A model generated the notes under the pieces. That model did no database searches. It was not told where the DNA came from and was given only the letters and a program-made list of their open reading frames with translations. From a virus (Duplodnaviria > Caudoviricetes): a stretch of 62,463 bases of DNA. Positions 9,439 to 20,548 of this stretch are shown here, piece by piece (positions within the stretch are counted from its first letter, which is position 1; every line of letters starts with the position of its first letter). The position numbers were made by a program, and so were the translations under genes. Where the stretch lies: positions 1 to 62,463 of the IMG/VR virus record IMGVR_UViG_3300017788_000024. One strand, given 5' to 3'.

Positions 9439-12400
9439 GAGATTGCTCCGGTGGCGGCGGTGTACTTGATGCAGAACTGCACCCTGACAGCCGTGCTGTT
9501 GCTGCTGATCGTCACCACCACTTTGTCGTTTGCCGTCAAGTTCTTGTAGGTGCTGTTGAGGTCGCCGCCGGACTTGGTGGCGATCGTGGAAGACACGCTC
9601 ACGCTGCCGACGATCGTGTTGGAACCGTTCTTCAACGCCGCCGTGCAGGTGCCGCTTGACGAGATGATGGAGAACTCGGTGACCACGCGGGCGAGCGGCA
9701 CGCGGAGGTCGATGGTGTAGTCCTGATTTGCCGCAGAGGCGATCTCGCCTACATAGGAGTCGGTCAACCCGTGCGTGTGCGCGGTCGGAGTGCGGGCGTC
9801 GCTCAGACGCGAGTCATTGCCTTGGCAGAACGTGCCCGAGGTCGTTCCAAACGACCCTGCCTCAAGCACCCCAGATGCGCCGGTCTTGATCGGAAGGTCT
9901 GCCGTGGTGCCGATTGCTCCGACGTTGCTTATCCCGCCGTGAACGTGACTAGTAGGCGTCCGTGCATCACTGAGTCGCGCGTCGTTCCCGACGCAGGCCG
10001 TGCTGCTGCTGGTGCCGTAGTCTACGGCAAAGGTGCGATTTGCCGAGAGGTTGCCGCCGCCGGTCAAACCTGTGCCAGCGGTCAGCGTGATTGACTGCAA
10101 GGCAAGGGCGTTTGCCAAGTCGAGTTGCTTATTGAGGTTGATGGTGAACGCCGAGGCCAGTCCAATCTCCTCGGCGCTGCCGCTTGTGGCGGCAGAGCGA
10201 CCCACGATCATCGGCCCCGTCACGTTCTGCAACTTGGCGAAGGTCACCGCGTCATCCGCAATTTTTGCCGAGGTCACCGCTGAGTTGGCAATCGTCGTGG
10301 CGTTTGAGTTTGCGCTTGCGGTCACATCGCCGGTCAGGGCGGCTCGCTGGAAGGCAACTTGTCCAGCCGTGTCCCAATTTGCGGTGATTGAGGTTGAATC
10401 TGTCACGACTCGTTCAGCCGACAATCCGCCGTTTGATGATTTTGTCAGGTAATCGGCGTCGGATGGGGCACCTGATCCTCCTGAAGCGGTGGCATCGTCG
10501 GCAGGAGACCACGCAGTGCCGTTCCATTTGATGACTTGATTGGTAGTTGCCCCGGATTGTGCAATCTTTGCCATCGTGACTGCTCCACTTTCGATTGCAG
10601 CGGCAGTTACTGAGTTGTTTGGCAGACTTACGCTAAGACCATCCGCGTCTCTAACAATGCCCCCATTGGTCTTGGTCTTTGCACGAAGTTGTTCAGTGGC
10701 AAATTCAAGACCAGAGTTGGTTGCTAGATCTATGTGAAACGTGCGATTTGCCGTTAAGTCGCCGCCGCCAGAAATACCGTCTCCGGTTGTAATGGTGCGG
10801 CTTGATGATGCAAAATCGCTGGTTGACGATGTTGCAGCACTTCCCAGTCCTAGGGTTGTCCTTGCAGTGCTGGCATTTGCGTCATCAATTAGAGTCAATC
10901 CAAATGCAGATGCAGCAGACGATGCGATGAAGTCTGTTGATGAAGCAGATGCAGCAGTTCCCAGAGTTGGTTTGTTCAGGATTTGAGCATCACCAGAGAT
11001 AGCATTCCAATCAGCATTTACATTTACTTCTGCACCACTGGCAATTCCATTTAACTTTGTTTTATCCGAAGAAGACATAAAACCACTTGCTGATGTAGTT
11101 GCATCGCTATGGCTGTGATTACCTAGGGATACTGTTGAAGATGTTGTTCCGGTTGGTATTCTTGAGATATTAAAAGTACCGCTAGTTATATCTCCAGCAA
11201 CATGGGAATGACCAACATCTGATTTGTTAGCCAATGCGTTTACAAGGTCTGTTTGCGAGGAAAGAGTTCCTGAGATTGCTCCCCAAGCAGAGGAACCAGC
11301 CACTACAGAGGTCCACTTGACCCCTAAGTTTTGGGTAGAATCTACGACAAGGTATTGACCATTGGATCCAATAGGAAGTCTGTCGGCTGTGTTTGCTCCA
11401 GTTGCTACTACTAGGTCTCCCTTACTATCCCAAATAGTATCCGTCTTTACATTTCCAGAACTAGGAACTCCAGAATCAGAGGTAGGTAGTTTATGGGCAC
11501 GGGATGTTATAACAAATAAAGAAGTGCTTGATATAGCAATTCCTACGGGATCGACAAGATCTCCGTAATCTGTTGGTCGTGTATCAGTTATTGAACCAGC
11601 AGTATTCTTGCTTAACCAATACCAGTTACCTATCTCTAGTCCACTGTATCCTGCTACAGTACCAAAAAATACAACAGAAAAAGATTGGTTAGGAGCAGTA
11701 CCACTTACATTATCTACAACACCAACAGCAAGAGTTAGTTTGTTATTTGCTTGAGATTTTGTCCACAACCCCGTTGCATTATCAAGATAAACCACATCTC
11801 TGTTTGATAGCGATGTGTTTGATCCCGTTACTGATATGATTATTTTATTTGTTGATGGAACTCCAGAACTCGCAATAACCTTTCCGTTTGCGTTTGTCGA
11901 TAAATAGTCTGCGTTTGTTATTTGTGGAAGAACTAATTCATATGTATTTAAAGTCCCAGATGTAGTTATATTCCCAACAGTTTCGATATTTCCTGTCGTT
12001 GCAAATAAATTAAGTTTAGATACAAAGGGTGAATTACAAGATGCAAGAGTTCCAAATTTAGCATCTCTTCCAAACCTTACTTCCGTAAAGGGAGGCTCAC
12101 CATTGCTATCAAGTGTGGCGGTGCCATAACAGTTTTGTGTCTCTGTTCCAGAAAACCATACAAGTTTGTTGATGAACTCTACTGTTCCTCCATCAACATA
12201 ATGACTTGCTGCTCCTGTAAAGACACTGGTGTCATTGATTCTAAACAGAACATTAGATGTATTGCTTGATGCTGTTGACTTAACAACCTCAAAAGCATTG
12301 TTACTGGATCGTCCTTTTACAGACAGAACCGGAGTATTGGCTACTGAATCAAAGGGAGTAAAGTTTAACCAGTTTGATCCTGATAGATATGAACTTCCCT

Positions 12401-13313
12401 TTGTCCATAACTTTGATCCTGTGTTTAAAACAAGTTCGTTTTCCCCCGTGAATTGGATTGCTGGTTGCTTGGAGTTATCATGTATTACAAAGGTGTCCAC
12501 AGCCTGCTGTGAATGTGGGAATATTGCAAGACCGTATGATGTCTTGTTCTTGATCTCGATTGTATTCCACTTTATCGCAGTGTTGTTTAAGCCCGGAAAC
12601 TTTCGTATATAGTTTAGGTTTTCTAATACATTGTTGTTTTGCGTCAACGACCAATAAGATGAACCCGGTCCAGTCTCAGATGGTTGAAGCCCAGTATTTG
12701 CTGTGTGGTCTACTGTACAATACCAAATAAGAACTTCATTGGATTCGGTAAAGGGATCATTATGAATGACAACCGCACCTTCAGTGTATTCCTCTCCGCT
12801 TACCCACGCTGGGACGATTGTTTGTGCATCAAAAAACCCATCAATCTGGGTCTTTGTATAATAACCGCTTAGTTGTGAGGAGATGTATGAATAAATATCA
12901 GCATCTGCTACATCAAGCCTAGCCGCCTCTTCTTCAAGAAGATGAATGCATTGTAGGTTTACAACATTTAAATCACGACCACTTAGTTTTGCACCATCGT
13001 TAAACGTAATATACAAAGAAGGAGAAGTTACTCTCTTGATCTTTATTTTGTGGGTGTTTGAGTCTACATATGCTGGGACTTCTTGACCATTGCTTGTGTA
13101 TGTGGCATTTTTTATGCTTACTGTTTGCGCAGTCCCATTATAGGAGGATTTCCAAGAGTTTTTTGTTAACTCAGTCCAAACACTGCTGTTTGCTGTTGTA
13201 TAATAGATCCTAAGTTGGGTCACACCTATATCTGTTATGAGTTGTATGGGTGTCCAAGTAACTACGTCAACATCATATGTTCCTGTGTTCTTGATTAGTT
13301 CTACTGTAGCCAT
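9435..13313 (-). CDS. tail fibre protein
   Basis: T7 gp17 N-terminal-like motif FNDGAKLSGRDLN..QCIHLLEE; HxH motifs; repeat RLSDARTPT(S/A)HxHG twice. Confidence 0.85.
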   Translation of the reverse strand: MATVELIKNTGTYDVDVVTWTPIQLITDIGVTQLRIYYTTANSSVWTELTKNSWKSSYNGTAQTVSIKNATYTSNGQEVPAYVDSNTHKIKIKRVTSPSLYITFNDGAKLSGRDLNVVNLQCIHLLEEEAARLDVADADIYSYISSQLSGYYTKTQIDGFFDAQTIVPAWVSGEEYTEGAVVIHNDPFTESNEVLIWYCTVDHTANTGLQPSETGPGSSYWSLTQNNNVLENLNYIRKFPGLNNTAIKWNTIEIKNKTSYGLAIFPHSQQAVDTFVIHDNSKQPAIQFTGENELVLNTGSKLWTKGSSYLSGSNWLNFTPFDSVANTPVLSVKGRSSNNAFEVVKSTASSNTSNVLFRINDTSVFTGAASHYVDGGTVEFINKLVWFSGTETQNCYGTATLDSNGEPPFTEVRFGRDAKFGTLASCNSPFVSKLNLFATTGNIETVGNITTSGTLNTYELVLPQITNADYLSTNANGKVIASSGVPSTNKIIISVTGSNTSLSNRDVVYLDNATGLWTKSQANNKLTLAVGVVDNVSGTAPNQSFSVVFFGTVAGYSGLEIGNWYWLSKNTAGSITDTRPTDYGDLVDPVGIAISSTSLFVITSRAHKLPTSDSGVPSSGNVKTDTIWDSKGDLVVATGANTADRLPIGSNGQYLVVDSTQNLGVKWTSVVAGSSAWGAISGTLSSQTDLVNALANKSDVGHSHVAGDITSGTFNISRIPTGTTSSTVSLGNHSHSDATTSASGFMSSSDKTKLNGIASGAEVNVNADWNAISGDAQILNKPTLGTAASASSTDFIASSAASAFGLTLIDDANASTARTTLGLGSAATSSTSDFASSSRTITTGDGISGGGDLTANRTFHIDLATNSGLEFATEQLRAKTKTNGGIVRDADGLSVSLPNNSVTAAAIESGAVTMAKIAQSGATTNQVIKWNGTAWSPADDATASGGSGAPSDADYLTKSSNGGLSAERVVTDSTSITANWDTAGQVAFQRAALTGDVTASANSNATTIANSAVTSAKIADDAVTFAKLQNVTGPMIVGRSAATSGSAEEIGLASAFTINLNKQLDLANALALQSITLTAGTGLTGGGNLSANRTFAVDYGTSSSTACVGNDARLSDARTPTSHVHGGISNVGAIGTTADLPIKTGASGVLEAGSFGTTSGTFCQGNDSRLSDARTPTAHTHGLTDSYVGEIASAANQDYTIDLRVPLARVVTEFSIISSSGTCTAALKNGSNTIVGSVSVSSTIATKSGGDLNSTYKNLTANDKVVVTISSNSTAVRVQFCIKYTAATGAIS

Positions 13314-13315
13314 GA

Positions 13316-16300
13316 TTACCCCTCAAATAGGTTGTTTTGTGGAGTTGTCACCGTATAAAAACTAACCCGAATGTTTGCGGGAATTCCCAAACGGATAAAT
13401 TGCACGGCTGTTTCTAGGCTAAATGCTGCTGCTGATCCTCCACTTGATGGTGAACTGTCATGTACGTTGATATTCATTTGATCATAGAAGGGGGTCTTGT
13501 TGTTGGTGTTGACGGTGTTGCCGCTTTCTGGAACCGAGGCTGTTGTTGAATCCCATGCTGTACCATCATAATCAGTGATGAAATCAAGTGCAAGTTGTCT
13601 AAAGTTGCCATCATTTGTGACATAGGGATCCTTGAATACATCAATCAAACCAATTCTCTTTAGTCTTGGTATCTTGAGAACAAGATCAAAACCATTGCCT
13701 GTCTTGTTTCTTACCTCAATCCCTAGTTTCTCGTATGGATAAGTATCCCACGCTCTTACCACGTTTTCATTAAAGTCGGTAGGATACACATGGTATTGCG
13801 TACCAGCAGAGTTTGTTGCGGTACTTCCCAATCCTGTACATCCTGTTCCTCCTGCATCACAACCATCCGTGTGTTTCTCGATCTTTGCCACGATTTCGTA
13901 GCACTTGGCATCGGGACATTGAGATGTGGAAACAGAGCCTTCTGCTGAGAATTGAACCTCAAACACATACTCATCGAACATGTCTGGAAGCACACGTTCA
14001 AGATTCGTGAATACCTTGTTGGCATCTACTTTGATTGAATAACTTCCTGTCTTTGCCATTGTAATATCTTCAGCATCTGTCGTGTAATCTGTTGTACTTG
14101 ATGACGCTGGAAGAATTGTGTATCCTGCTGTGGCTTCTAGGCTCAACTTGCTTGGATCAAATGGACTGTAATAACTTAAGTCATCATACTTGGCTGGAGT
14201 TGATCCTGTGCTATCTGTGTCTTGTCCGGTGATCCACCATCGCCAATAGAACCAATAGTTACCGTTTGCTCCAAGGTATGAGGAAACATCCGTTGGAATT
14301 CCTGATGCATCGATCTTTCCTAGTGTATCCATATTACCATCCCAAACAATGTAGTTTGGAGCGGTTTGCGAAGATGCATTCCACAGGTTTGCCAAGTAGT
14401 ATGTTACAACACTTGGGACTTGTTTTGTGTTTGAGTAATTGCCGGTATTCAATGAATCTGTAAATTGATACTCAGCAAATATCATCTCGTTTCCATCAAC
14501 ATAATTAAGATAACTTGATCCAGCACTTGGATAGTCTTTAAGGGGGTGGCTTTCAGTGTAACCAAGGGTAGATCCCCAATCCGTTTTGTTGATCACACTG
14601 CGAACCCTCTTGAGATACCTGTCTGTTGTTGGATTCAGGGTTCCTGATGTAAATTCAAGACCAAACGATCTTGATTTTGAGGAACTGAACTTGAATTTGT
14701 CGATGTTGGTGATGTACAGTTTGTTCTTGCATGTTGTGCATGTTCCACTAGACCATGGTCTATAGTATGCGATGTCAGACGAATTTGGACTAGACCCAGT
14801 AAGAATACCATTTGCTCCCGGGTGATCCAAGGCGTCAAAGTCTTCAATGTCAAAGTATGCCACAGGGTAGTTTGCCATGCCTGTGATTTTTCTTCCTTCT
14901 CCTCTGCCAATCTCCCATCTAAGTGAAGTCAGGATAGTACCGCCAGTTGCCATCGTGGAATTGATTTCAGATGCTATAAAAGTTTGCAACGCACTTCCTG
15001 TGTTTCCGTTAGCCAACTGATCTGCAACCTGTTGTTGGGCTGCGTAGTAACCCAAACCAAACGATGTGATGGCATTGGGGATCAAGTCATAAGGCACGTT
15101 AGACACACAGTTGATTGTAAGCCCGGACCATTTTGTTTTTAAATCTGCGTTACAAGCCTGAACATAATAATCATCAAGGGAAGCATTTGCTGTTGTGTTG
15201 TATTCTTCAAATACCTCAAAGTACACTGGTGCAGATGGAAGCGAGGAGTTTACCCATTCGGTTCCGTTGAAGGACAGGTATTGCCCGTTGCTCAGGCTAG
15301 TGATTTCAACATTACTGAGATTATCTAGTTGAATATGTCCACCCACTTGAGCGGGTGAGGATCCAACAAAGTTGCCATTACCATCCCAAGTAAGGACATC
15401 ATTTGCTGTGACTCCAGTAAGATTAAAGTTGAATGGTGAGAACGTGGCTGGCGTCACTGTGAACAAAGGATCGCCAGAACCATCGTCGTTTTGCACTTGA
15501 TAATAGTTGTTGCTTGCAAACTCTTTTTCTTGGATAAGGAACAAGAGTTGGTGAAGAGAAGTGTTGAGATCCTCTGCACTTAACTTTGCCCCATCCTTGA
15601 ATGTAAGGAACATTCGCTTGTCGTTGCTGCATCTTTCAAACCTGAGTTTGGCTACACCAACAACACTTACACTGGAAAGAAGAGTTATTGTTGCTGTTTG
15701 TTCATTGATTGTGAAGTCTGATTGATACGTCAGTTGTGTCTTTGCCCCTGCTCCATCTACCAGATACACACACAACTGAAGAGAATCAGGAACAGCACAT
15801 AGTGTTGCTATGTTTCCATATGCATATGGTGTTTCTGTTGCTGGGTTTTCATACTCAATGATGACGGATGCCCCAAGCACAGATGGGTTGTAGTAGATTG
15901 GATCATTGGTATTATAATCATAGCACACTGTTTCTTCTCCTGTAGTGCAATCTGGATTGAATGGGTTGGGACATGGGTCCACATCATAACACCCAAACCA
16001 AATGGGAATGTATGAACCATTGCATTCATAGCAATTGGCACTGAAGTCTCCGCACTCTGGTGGGTCACATGCTCCCTGCTCTACCGCAGAACAAGAAAGC
16101 CACACATTGCTTCCGGGACACCGGCAACAGTTTATGCAGTGTGATGCTGTTGGCTCTATGTTGCAATACTCGCATGACAGGCAGAAACTGGCTGGCATTG
16201 GGAATCCATAGGGCTGGCATTCAGCATCGCAGGATGAGCAACACAAATCAGCAGGTACCCATATGCCACATCCTTCCTCCCCACTAGGACAACACTCCAC

Positions 16301-16945
16301 ACATCCGGGTTCTCCGGGAATGCAGCACACTGCCGGGCATGGCGCGTCGGGAGGAAGAAGAACGCAACCATCCCCACAAGGACAGGGAAGAAGATCATCG
16401 CAAGATCCATCACATGGATTGCATATTGACTCTCCATCGCACTCTACAAACTTCCCATATTTATCCAAGCATTTGTTTTCAATAAGAGGAGGACATGACG
16501 TTAATTCGCAAAGACTTATGTTATATGTAAAGTTACATCCTTCTGGTAGATGTTCACAAGGGAAAGATCCCGTGGTACACCATTGCACAAGAGCATCGCA
16601 AAACGGTTGTCCCATTTGGCTTGCACACTGTGAGCATACAGCACATGTAAAGCCTTCACAATCTTCTCCCACAAACTTGGAAGCCTCGCAAACATAGTTC
16701 CATAGGTTTCCATTGGTACCGCAATTAACAAGCATTTCACACAAGCCACACTCCGCTTGTCCTAGTGCAGCCGTCTTGAAGTTTGGGTTGTCAGCATTAA
16801 GTCCGGGTGATATTAAAATCTTTGGATGAGATCCATAATAACTGTTCCATTGGGCATTCTCTGTTTCTGCCTTTTCAAATGCATAATTCACCCACCTAGA
16901 GTTGGTGAACCATATTTGAGAAGGTGATCTTACCCAATCAGCCAT
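13316..16945 (-). CDS. tail fibre/spike protein with Cys-rich N-terminal extension
   Basis: Internal gp17-like motif FKDGAKLSAEDLNTSLHQLLFLIQE; 49 Cys in residues ~66-341. Confidence 0.75.
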   Translation of the reverse strand: MADWVRSPSQIWFTNSRWVNYAFEKAETENAQWNSYYGSHPKILISPGLNADNPNFKTAALGQAECGLCEMLVNCGTNGNLWNYVCEASKFVGEDCEGFTCAVCSQCASQMGQPFCDALVQWCTTGSFPCEHLPEGCNFTYNISLCELTSCPPLIENKCLDKYGKFVECDGESICNPCDGSCDDLLPCPCGDGCVLLPPDAPCPAVCCIPGEPGCVECCPSGEEGCGIWVPADLCCSSCDAECQPYGFPMPASFCLSCEYCNIEPTASHCINCCRCPGSNVWLSCSAVEQGACDPPECGDFSANCYECNGSYIPIWFGCYDVDPCPNPFNPDCTTGEETVCYDYNTNDPIYYNPSVLGASVIIEYENPATETPYAYGNIATLCAVPDSLQLCVYLVDGAGAKTQLTYQSDFTINEQTATITLLSSVSVVGVAKLRFERCSNDKRMFLTFKDGAKLSAEDLNTSLHQLLFLIQEKEFASNNYYQVQNDDGSGDPLFTVTPATFSPFNFNLTGVTANDVLTWDGNGNFVGSSPAQVGGHIQLDNLSNVEITSLSNGQYLSFNGTEWVNSSLPSAPVYFEVFEEYNTTANASLDDYYVQACNADLKTKWSGLTINCVSNVPYDLIPNAITSFGLGYYAAQQQVADQLANGNTGSALQTFIASEINSTMATGGTILTSLRWEIGRGEGRKITGMANYPVAYFDIEDFDALDHPGANGILTGSSPNSSDIAYYRPWSSGTCTTCKNKLYITNIDKFKFSSSKSRSFGLEFTSGTLNPTTDRYLKRVRSVINKTDWGSTLGYTESHPLKDYPSAGSSYLNYVDGNEMIFAEYQFTDSLNTGNYSNTKQVPSVVTYYLANLWNASSQTAPNYIVWDGNMDTLGKIDASGIPTDVSSYLGANGNYWFYWRWWITGQDTDSTGSTPAKYDDLSYYSPFDPSKLSLEATAGYTILPASSSTTDYTTDAEDITMAKTGSYSIKVDANKVFTNLERVLPDMFDEYVFEVQFSAEGSVSTSQCPDAKCYEIVAKIEKHTDGCDAGGTGCTGLGSTATNSAGTQYHVYPTDFNENVVRAWDTYPYEKLGIEVRNKTGNGFDLVLKIPRLKRIGLIDVFKDPYVTNDGNFRQLALDFITDYDGTAWDSTTASVPESGNTVNTNNKTPFYDQMNINVHDSSPSSGGSAAAFSLETAVQFIRLGIPANIRVSFYTVTTPQNNLFEG

Positions 16946-16957
16946 TGTTAATCTCCT

Positions 16958-19720
16958 TTACTTCTGGATTGAAGTGTCGCCCTGTCTGAAGTTTCCAATC
17001 ACTTCAATGGTTGTTATGTTGCATGGTGTTGGGAAATTGCTCTTGATGAATATTGATGTTGAGTCTGCATATCCTAGTATCTTTGACACGCACTCTCCCT
17101 CTCCCTCAATCCTAAGCATGCCTAGAAGATCCGTCATGTCATTGAATGAGAATGCTTCGCTTCTTACAGAAGACTTGGCTCTGTTGTATCTTTGGATCTC
17201 CAAGGTATACTGAGCAGTATTCCTATGTTTTGTTGTCATTCTCTTTAGATTGAGAACTCCGGGTCTGGCGTTGTTCTCTTGGTCTCTTACATGCAGGGGT
17301 GATAATTGAATATTCATCACATATGGACGCCCTGCCCACACACGCCTTGCTTGGTATGTTCCATTGGCTGCTCTTTCAGAAGCAAGGTTTCCGGTCACAA
17401 TTAGTTCAGTCAGCAGATGTCCATCATGTTGTGCTGAGTTTACCCCAGTAGCCACATGTCTTGTGTATCTCCTGCCCTCAGACCAATCATCTGCAAGGAC
17501 AATCTCTTTGGCATTTGGATCATAATAAGGAAGCCTGATGGTAGTAAGGTTGGTCTCCATGTCATAGGTTATCTTATTGGATTCAACCTTGACAAGTCTG
17601 TCGAGCAATGGAGTAGCCAAGGTCACGGGTTCAAAGGTTCCATAGTATGCATACAGCCTTTGCCCAAGTCCATTGGTTCTCTTGACAACGACATAGAAAC
17701 CTGTTTCATATCCTTGTATTGCTAGGATCTGATCATTCTCGTCCAACACCCATTTGTAGAATGAGTTCTGCACCAGTTGCTGCCCATTGGTCTTCATGGT
17801 GTAGACGTACATGTGGTTCTTTTGATCCTTATCAACCATCACAAGAGAATTGTAGGAAGGGATTGCGGTGACCACTTGGTAGTTTTCTGGAAGATATCCA
17901 CGGCAATGCGTGCTTAGTTCATATGCTGTTGAATACTCATTGCCAAATGCATCAGACCCACTATACAAGAACAACTTTTCCTTGTCGAAGAAGTAGATGC
18001 TTGCTCCCATCTTTACGGGATTTGCTGTGGATGCCGTTGAATAAAACGACGTACTTCTTAGTTCAATGGAAGTGGGCGACACGTTCCCCGCATCTGTTGC
18101 CGAACCACGAATCTCAAACTGATTGCCGCTTCTTGTCGTGATGAACAGGAAGTTCTGGAAAGGAGTAAGGCTCTGCACCCTGTTGAACTGCCCGGTATTT
18201 ACTGAAAGATCTATGGGATCTGCATCAGTGATGTTCATTACATCCTCCAAGAAGAAGTTGAAGAACTCATTCACTCTTGATGCAAAGATGGTTGTGTCTG
18301 TGGCAACCCAGAGTCTTCCCTTCCAGAACTCCATTGCCTTGATTGTCTCATTTGCTTTGATTGCAGATGGACCGGGATTGTTGATGCTGGTTCCTGTCGT
18401 CTTTGGAATCAAGGGAGAATAATTGATTGTCCACTTGCCACTGTCTTCCTTTTTTATGATCACAGGAAATGTTCTGTGGTCTATGACGGAATTCTTGTCT
18501 TCAGATCTGACCTTTTGAAAGTAAGGTTGACCAAACTGAGAGTTGCTGACCACCCTATAAAAGCCTGATGTGAATGAGAAGTACGGATCTCTTGCATACC
18601 ATATCTCACCAAGTCCTGTTGTGTCTGCATTCTCATAATTGAAGATCGAGGAATCTCCATTGATGTTCTTGAATGGGGATGTAAGATATCCAGCATCATT
18701 TACTGCTCCCGATATTCCATCCTCATTGCGGTGATAAAGATGTTGTATCATGGCTCTAGCCTTCCACCCATTGTGTGACTTAATGTCATCTGCTACTGGA
18801 GGAATAGGAACCTCAGAGAAGTTGGCAACATTATGACCAACCGAGTATGTCTCTAGGCTTATTGAGTTGACCCTGCTTTCGATATCATTTACAACATTCT
18901 TGTATCCGCCTCCATTGACAGGGTTTGCAACACACGAAATCCATTTGCTATATAGGTTATCATTATCCTTTGATGGCTCATAAGGAACGGCTTCCTTGTC
19001 CTCTTCATTTGCACCGGGAAGCCTTACCATTCCACTCCCTCCGTTTGCTGGATTTCCCAAGGCGTCTACAAAGTTCATGTCTGCTGTCTTGTATTGTATC
19101 TTGTCCCCCGAGTGAATGTATGATGGATCTGGTTCGTAGAATCCCTCAACGCAATTGGAACCGGGAGGAGCAATCTCACAAGACAACTTAACCTTGTCGG
19201 AGTTGTCTGGAAGAAACGATAGTTTCTTTTGCTTGTTCCAAAAGATAGCACCGTTTCCGAACGTGATGCTTCCCATTATGTCGGCAATGGGAAGAGATGA
19301 GTCTGATGACAGGTTGTAGTTCATGAGGTATTCCTTCATGCCTCTGTCAAAACTATCCTTATCAAAATCTTCCTCAATCCATTCCGTTGGCTCGATCCTA
19401 AAGACACGAACCATGAGGTTTGTTTGTGTTACTGCTCTGTTGATAACAATGCAGTATCTGTTCTCACCATCCAAATCAATGAAGTGGAAGTAAAGATGGT
19501 CTGGATTGAATCCAGCCTCAGCCACAACATTGGGCATGTTTAGGAAATCACCTTCCATGTTTGTCTTGATGTGGGTAAGGGGAGGTCTCTTTTCAGCGGA
19601 CCTCTCAACCGTCAAGAGTACGTTGTCTGCATTCTCCACTTCTTGCGGCAGTCTCTTGGAAGAATCTCTTCTTGATACGCCACCATTAAGTGTTTGAATG
19701 GGTACTCTTACAGTCGGCAT
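16958..19720 (-). CDS. tail tubular protein B (T7 gp12-like nozzle)
   Basis: N-terminal IQTLNGGVSR...AEKRPP; FWKGRL..SR..FFNFF..DADPID; follows the gp11-like gene. Confidence 0.9.
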   Translation of the reverse strand: MPTVRVPIQTLNGGVSRRDSSKRLPQEVENADNVLLTVERSAEKRPPLTHIKTNMEGDFLNMPNVVAEAGFNPDHLYFHFIDLDGENRYCIVINRAVTQTNLMVRVFRIEPTEWIEEDFDKDSFDRGMKEYLMNYNLSSDSSLPIADIMGSITFGNGAIFWNKQKKLSFLPDNSDKVKLSCEIAPPGSNCVEGFYEPDPSYIHSGDKIQYKTADMNFVDALGNPANGGSGMVRLPGANEEDKEAVPYEPSKDNDNLYSKWISCVANPVNGGGYKNVVNDIESRVNSISLETYSVGHNVANFSEVPIPPVADDIKSHNGWKARAMIQHLYHRNEDGISGAVNDAGYLTSPFKNINGDSSIFNYENADTTGLGEIWYARDPYFSFTSGFYRVVSNSQFGQPYFQKVRSEDKNSVIDHRTFPVIIKKEDSGKWTINYSPLIPKTTGTSINNPGPSAIKANETIKAMEFWKGRLWVATDTTIFASRVNEFFNFFLEDVMNITDADPIDLSVNTGQFNRVQSLTPFQNFLFITTRSGNQFEIRGSATDAGNVSPTSIELRSTSFYSTASTANPVKMGASIYFFDKEKLFLYSGSDAFGNEYSTAYELSTHCRGYLPENYQVVTAIPSYNSLVMVDKDQKNHMYVYTMKTNGQQLVQNSFYKWVLDENDQILAIQGYETGFYVVVKRTNGLGQRLYAYYGTFEPVTLATPLLDRLVKVESNKITYDMETNLTTIRLPYYDPNAKEIVLADDWSEGRRYTRHVATGVNSAQHDGHLLTELIVTGNLASERAANGTYQARRVWAGRPYVMNIQLSPLHVRDQENNARPGVLNLKRMTTKHRNTAQYTLEIQRYNRAKSSVRSEAFSFNDMTDLLGMLRIEGEGECVSKILGYADSTSIFIKSNFPTPCNITTIEVIGNFRQGDTSIQK

Positions 19721-20364
19721 TATCTATATCTCCTTCTGGGATCTCGGAAGGTATAGTCTCTTGTTGAAGCAAGGAATGTCCCAACATCTCCATTAAGGAA
19801 GTTTCTTTTCTTGTTGGTGATGTCTGCTGCTCTTCCCTTGGACATGTAGACCATCTCTCTTTGAGCAAGATATTTGTCAACAGTGTGATCACCTTGTGTG
19901 ATCATTTGATAGTCTCTTGCAGCAGATGACATGATCCCTCTTTGCATTGGAGTCTCGATGTCAGACCAATCTAGGTTTGTGATGAGCATGATCAAGATGC
20001 CATCATTGCCACCATGCCCATTCCAATCTGCGGAGTTGTCTGTGACATTGAACAGATAAGGTGGACTTCCCTTGTAGGAAGCAATCACATACTGCTCTCT
20101 GTCCTTGCTCCAAATTGGCTCAGCAAGTTCGGCATGGACCGTATGTGCTGGAAGATAGATGTATCCTTGAGCATCTGGAACATACTTGTTGTAATAGGAG
20201 TTGTTGACCAATCCTCTCATGACGAATGATGTTATTGTTTCATTTAGGATATGCTCGGCAACGCTTGTGTCAACTCCAGAATCATTCTCCAGATGGTTGA
20301 CAATATGCTCACCTGACATGAGGAGCATGTGATTGACCGCATCCAATCTAGAGAATGTTCCCAT
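19720..20364 (-). CDS. tail tubular protein A (T7 gp11-like)
   Basis: LDAVNHML..SGE..V..L N-terminal motif; 214 aa; position. Confidence 0.9.
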   Translation of the reverse strand: MGTFSRLDAVNHMLLMSGEHIVNHLENDSGVDTSVAEHILNETITSFVMRGLVNNSYYNKYVPDAQGYIYLPAHTVHAELAEPIWSKDREQYVIASYKGSPPYLFNVTDNSADWNGHGGNDGILIMLITNLDWSDIETPMQRGIMSSAARDYQMITQGDHTVDKYLAQREMVYMSKGRAADITNKKRNFLNGDVGTFLASTRDYTFRDPRRRYR

Positions 20365-20365
20365 A

Positions 20366-20533
20366 TTACTTCTCCTTGTTGTAGGGCACCTTCTTGTTCA
20401 GTGCTTCTTGTCGCTTATTGCAACCACAGCCCTTCTTCTTTGGTCCAATAAGACCACCAAGTGTTGCAATGTATGCTACTTTTTCAACAGTATCACCAAG
20501 ACCTTGTGACTTCTTCTTTAGTGGATTAGACAC
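20366..20533 (-). CDS. small basic protein (GLGDTVEK...CGC..RQE.LN type)
   Basis: GTG start after AAGGAGGT RBS; 55 aa by manual translation. Confidence 0.7.
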   Translation of the reverse strand: MSNPLKKKSQGLGDTVEKVAYIATLGGLIGPKKKGCGCNKRQEALNKKVPYNKEK

Positions 20534-20548
20534 AAACCACCTCCTTTC

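Noticed and set aside
4564-16945. Diversity-generating retroelement in the tail genes
   Set aside because: No reverse transcriptase and no adenine-variable repeat pair was noticed
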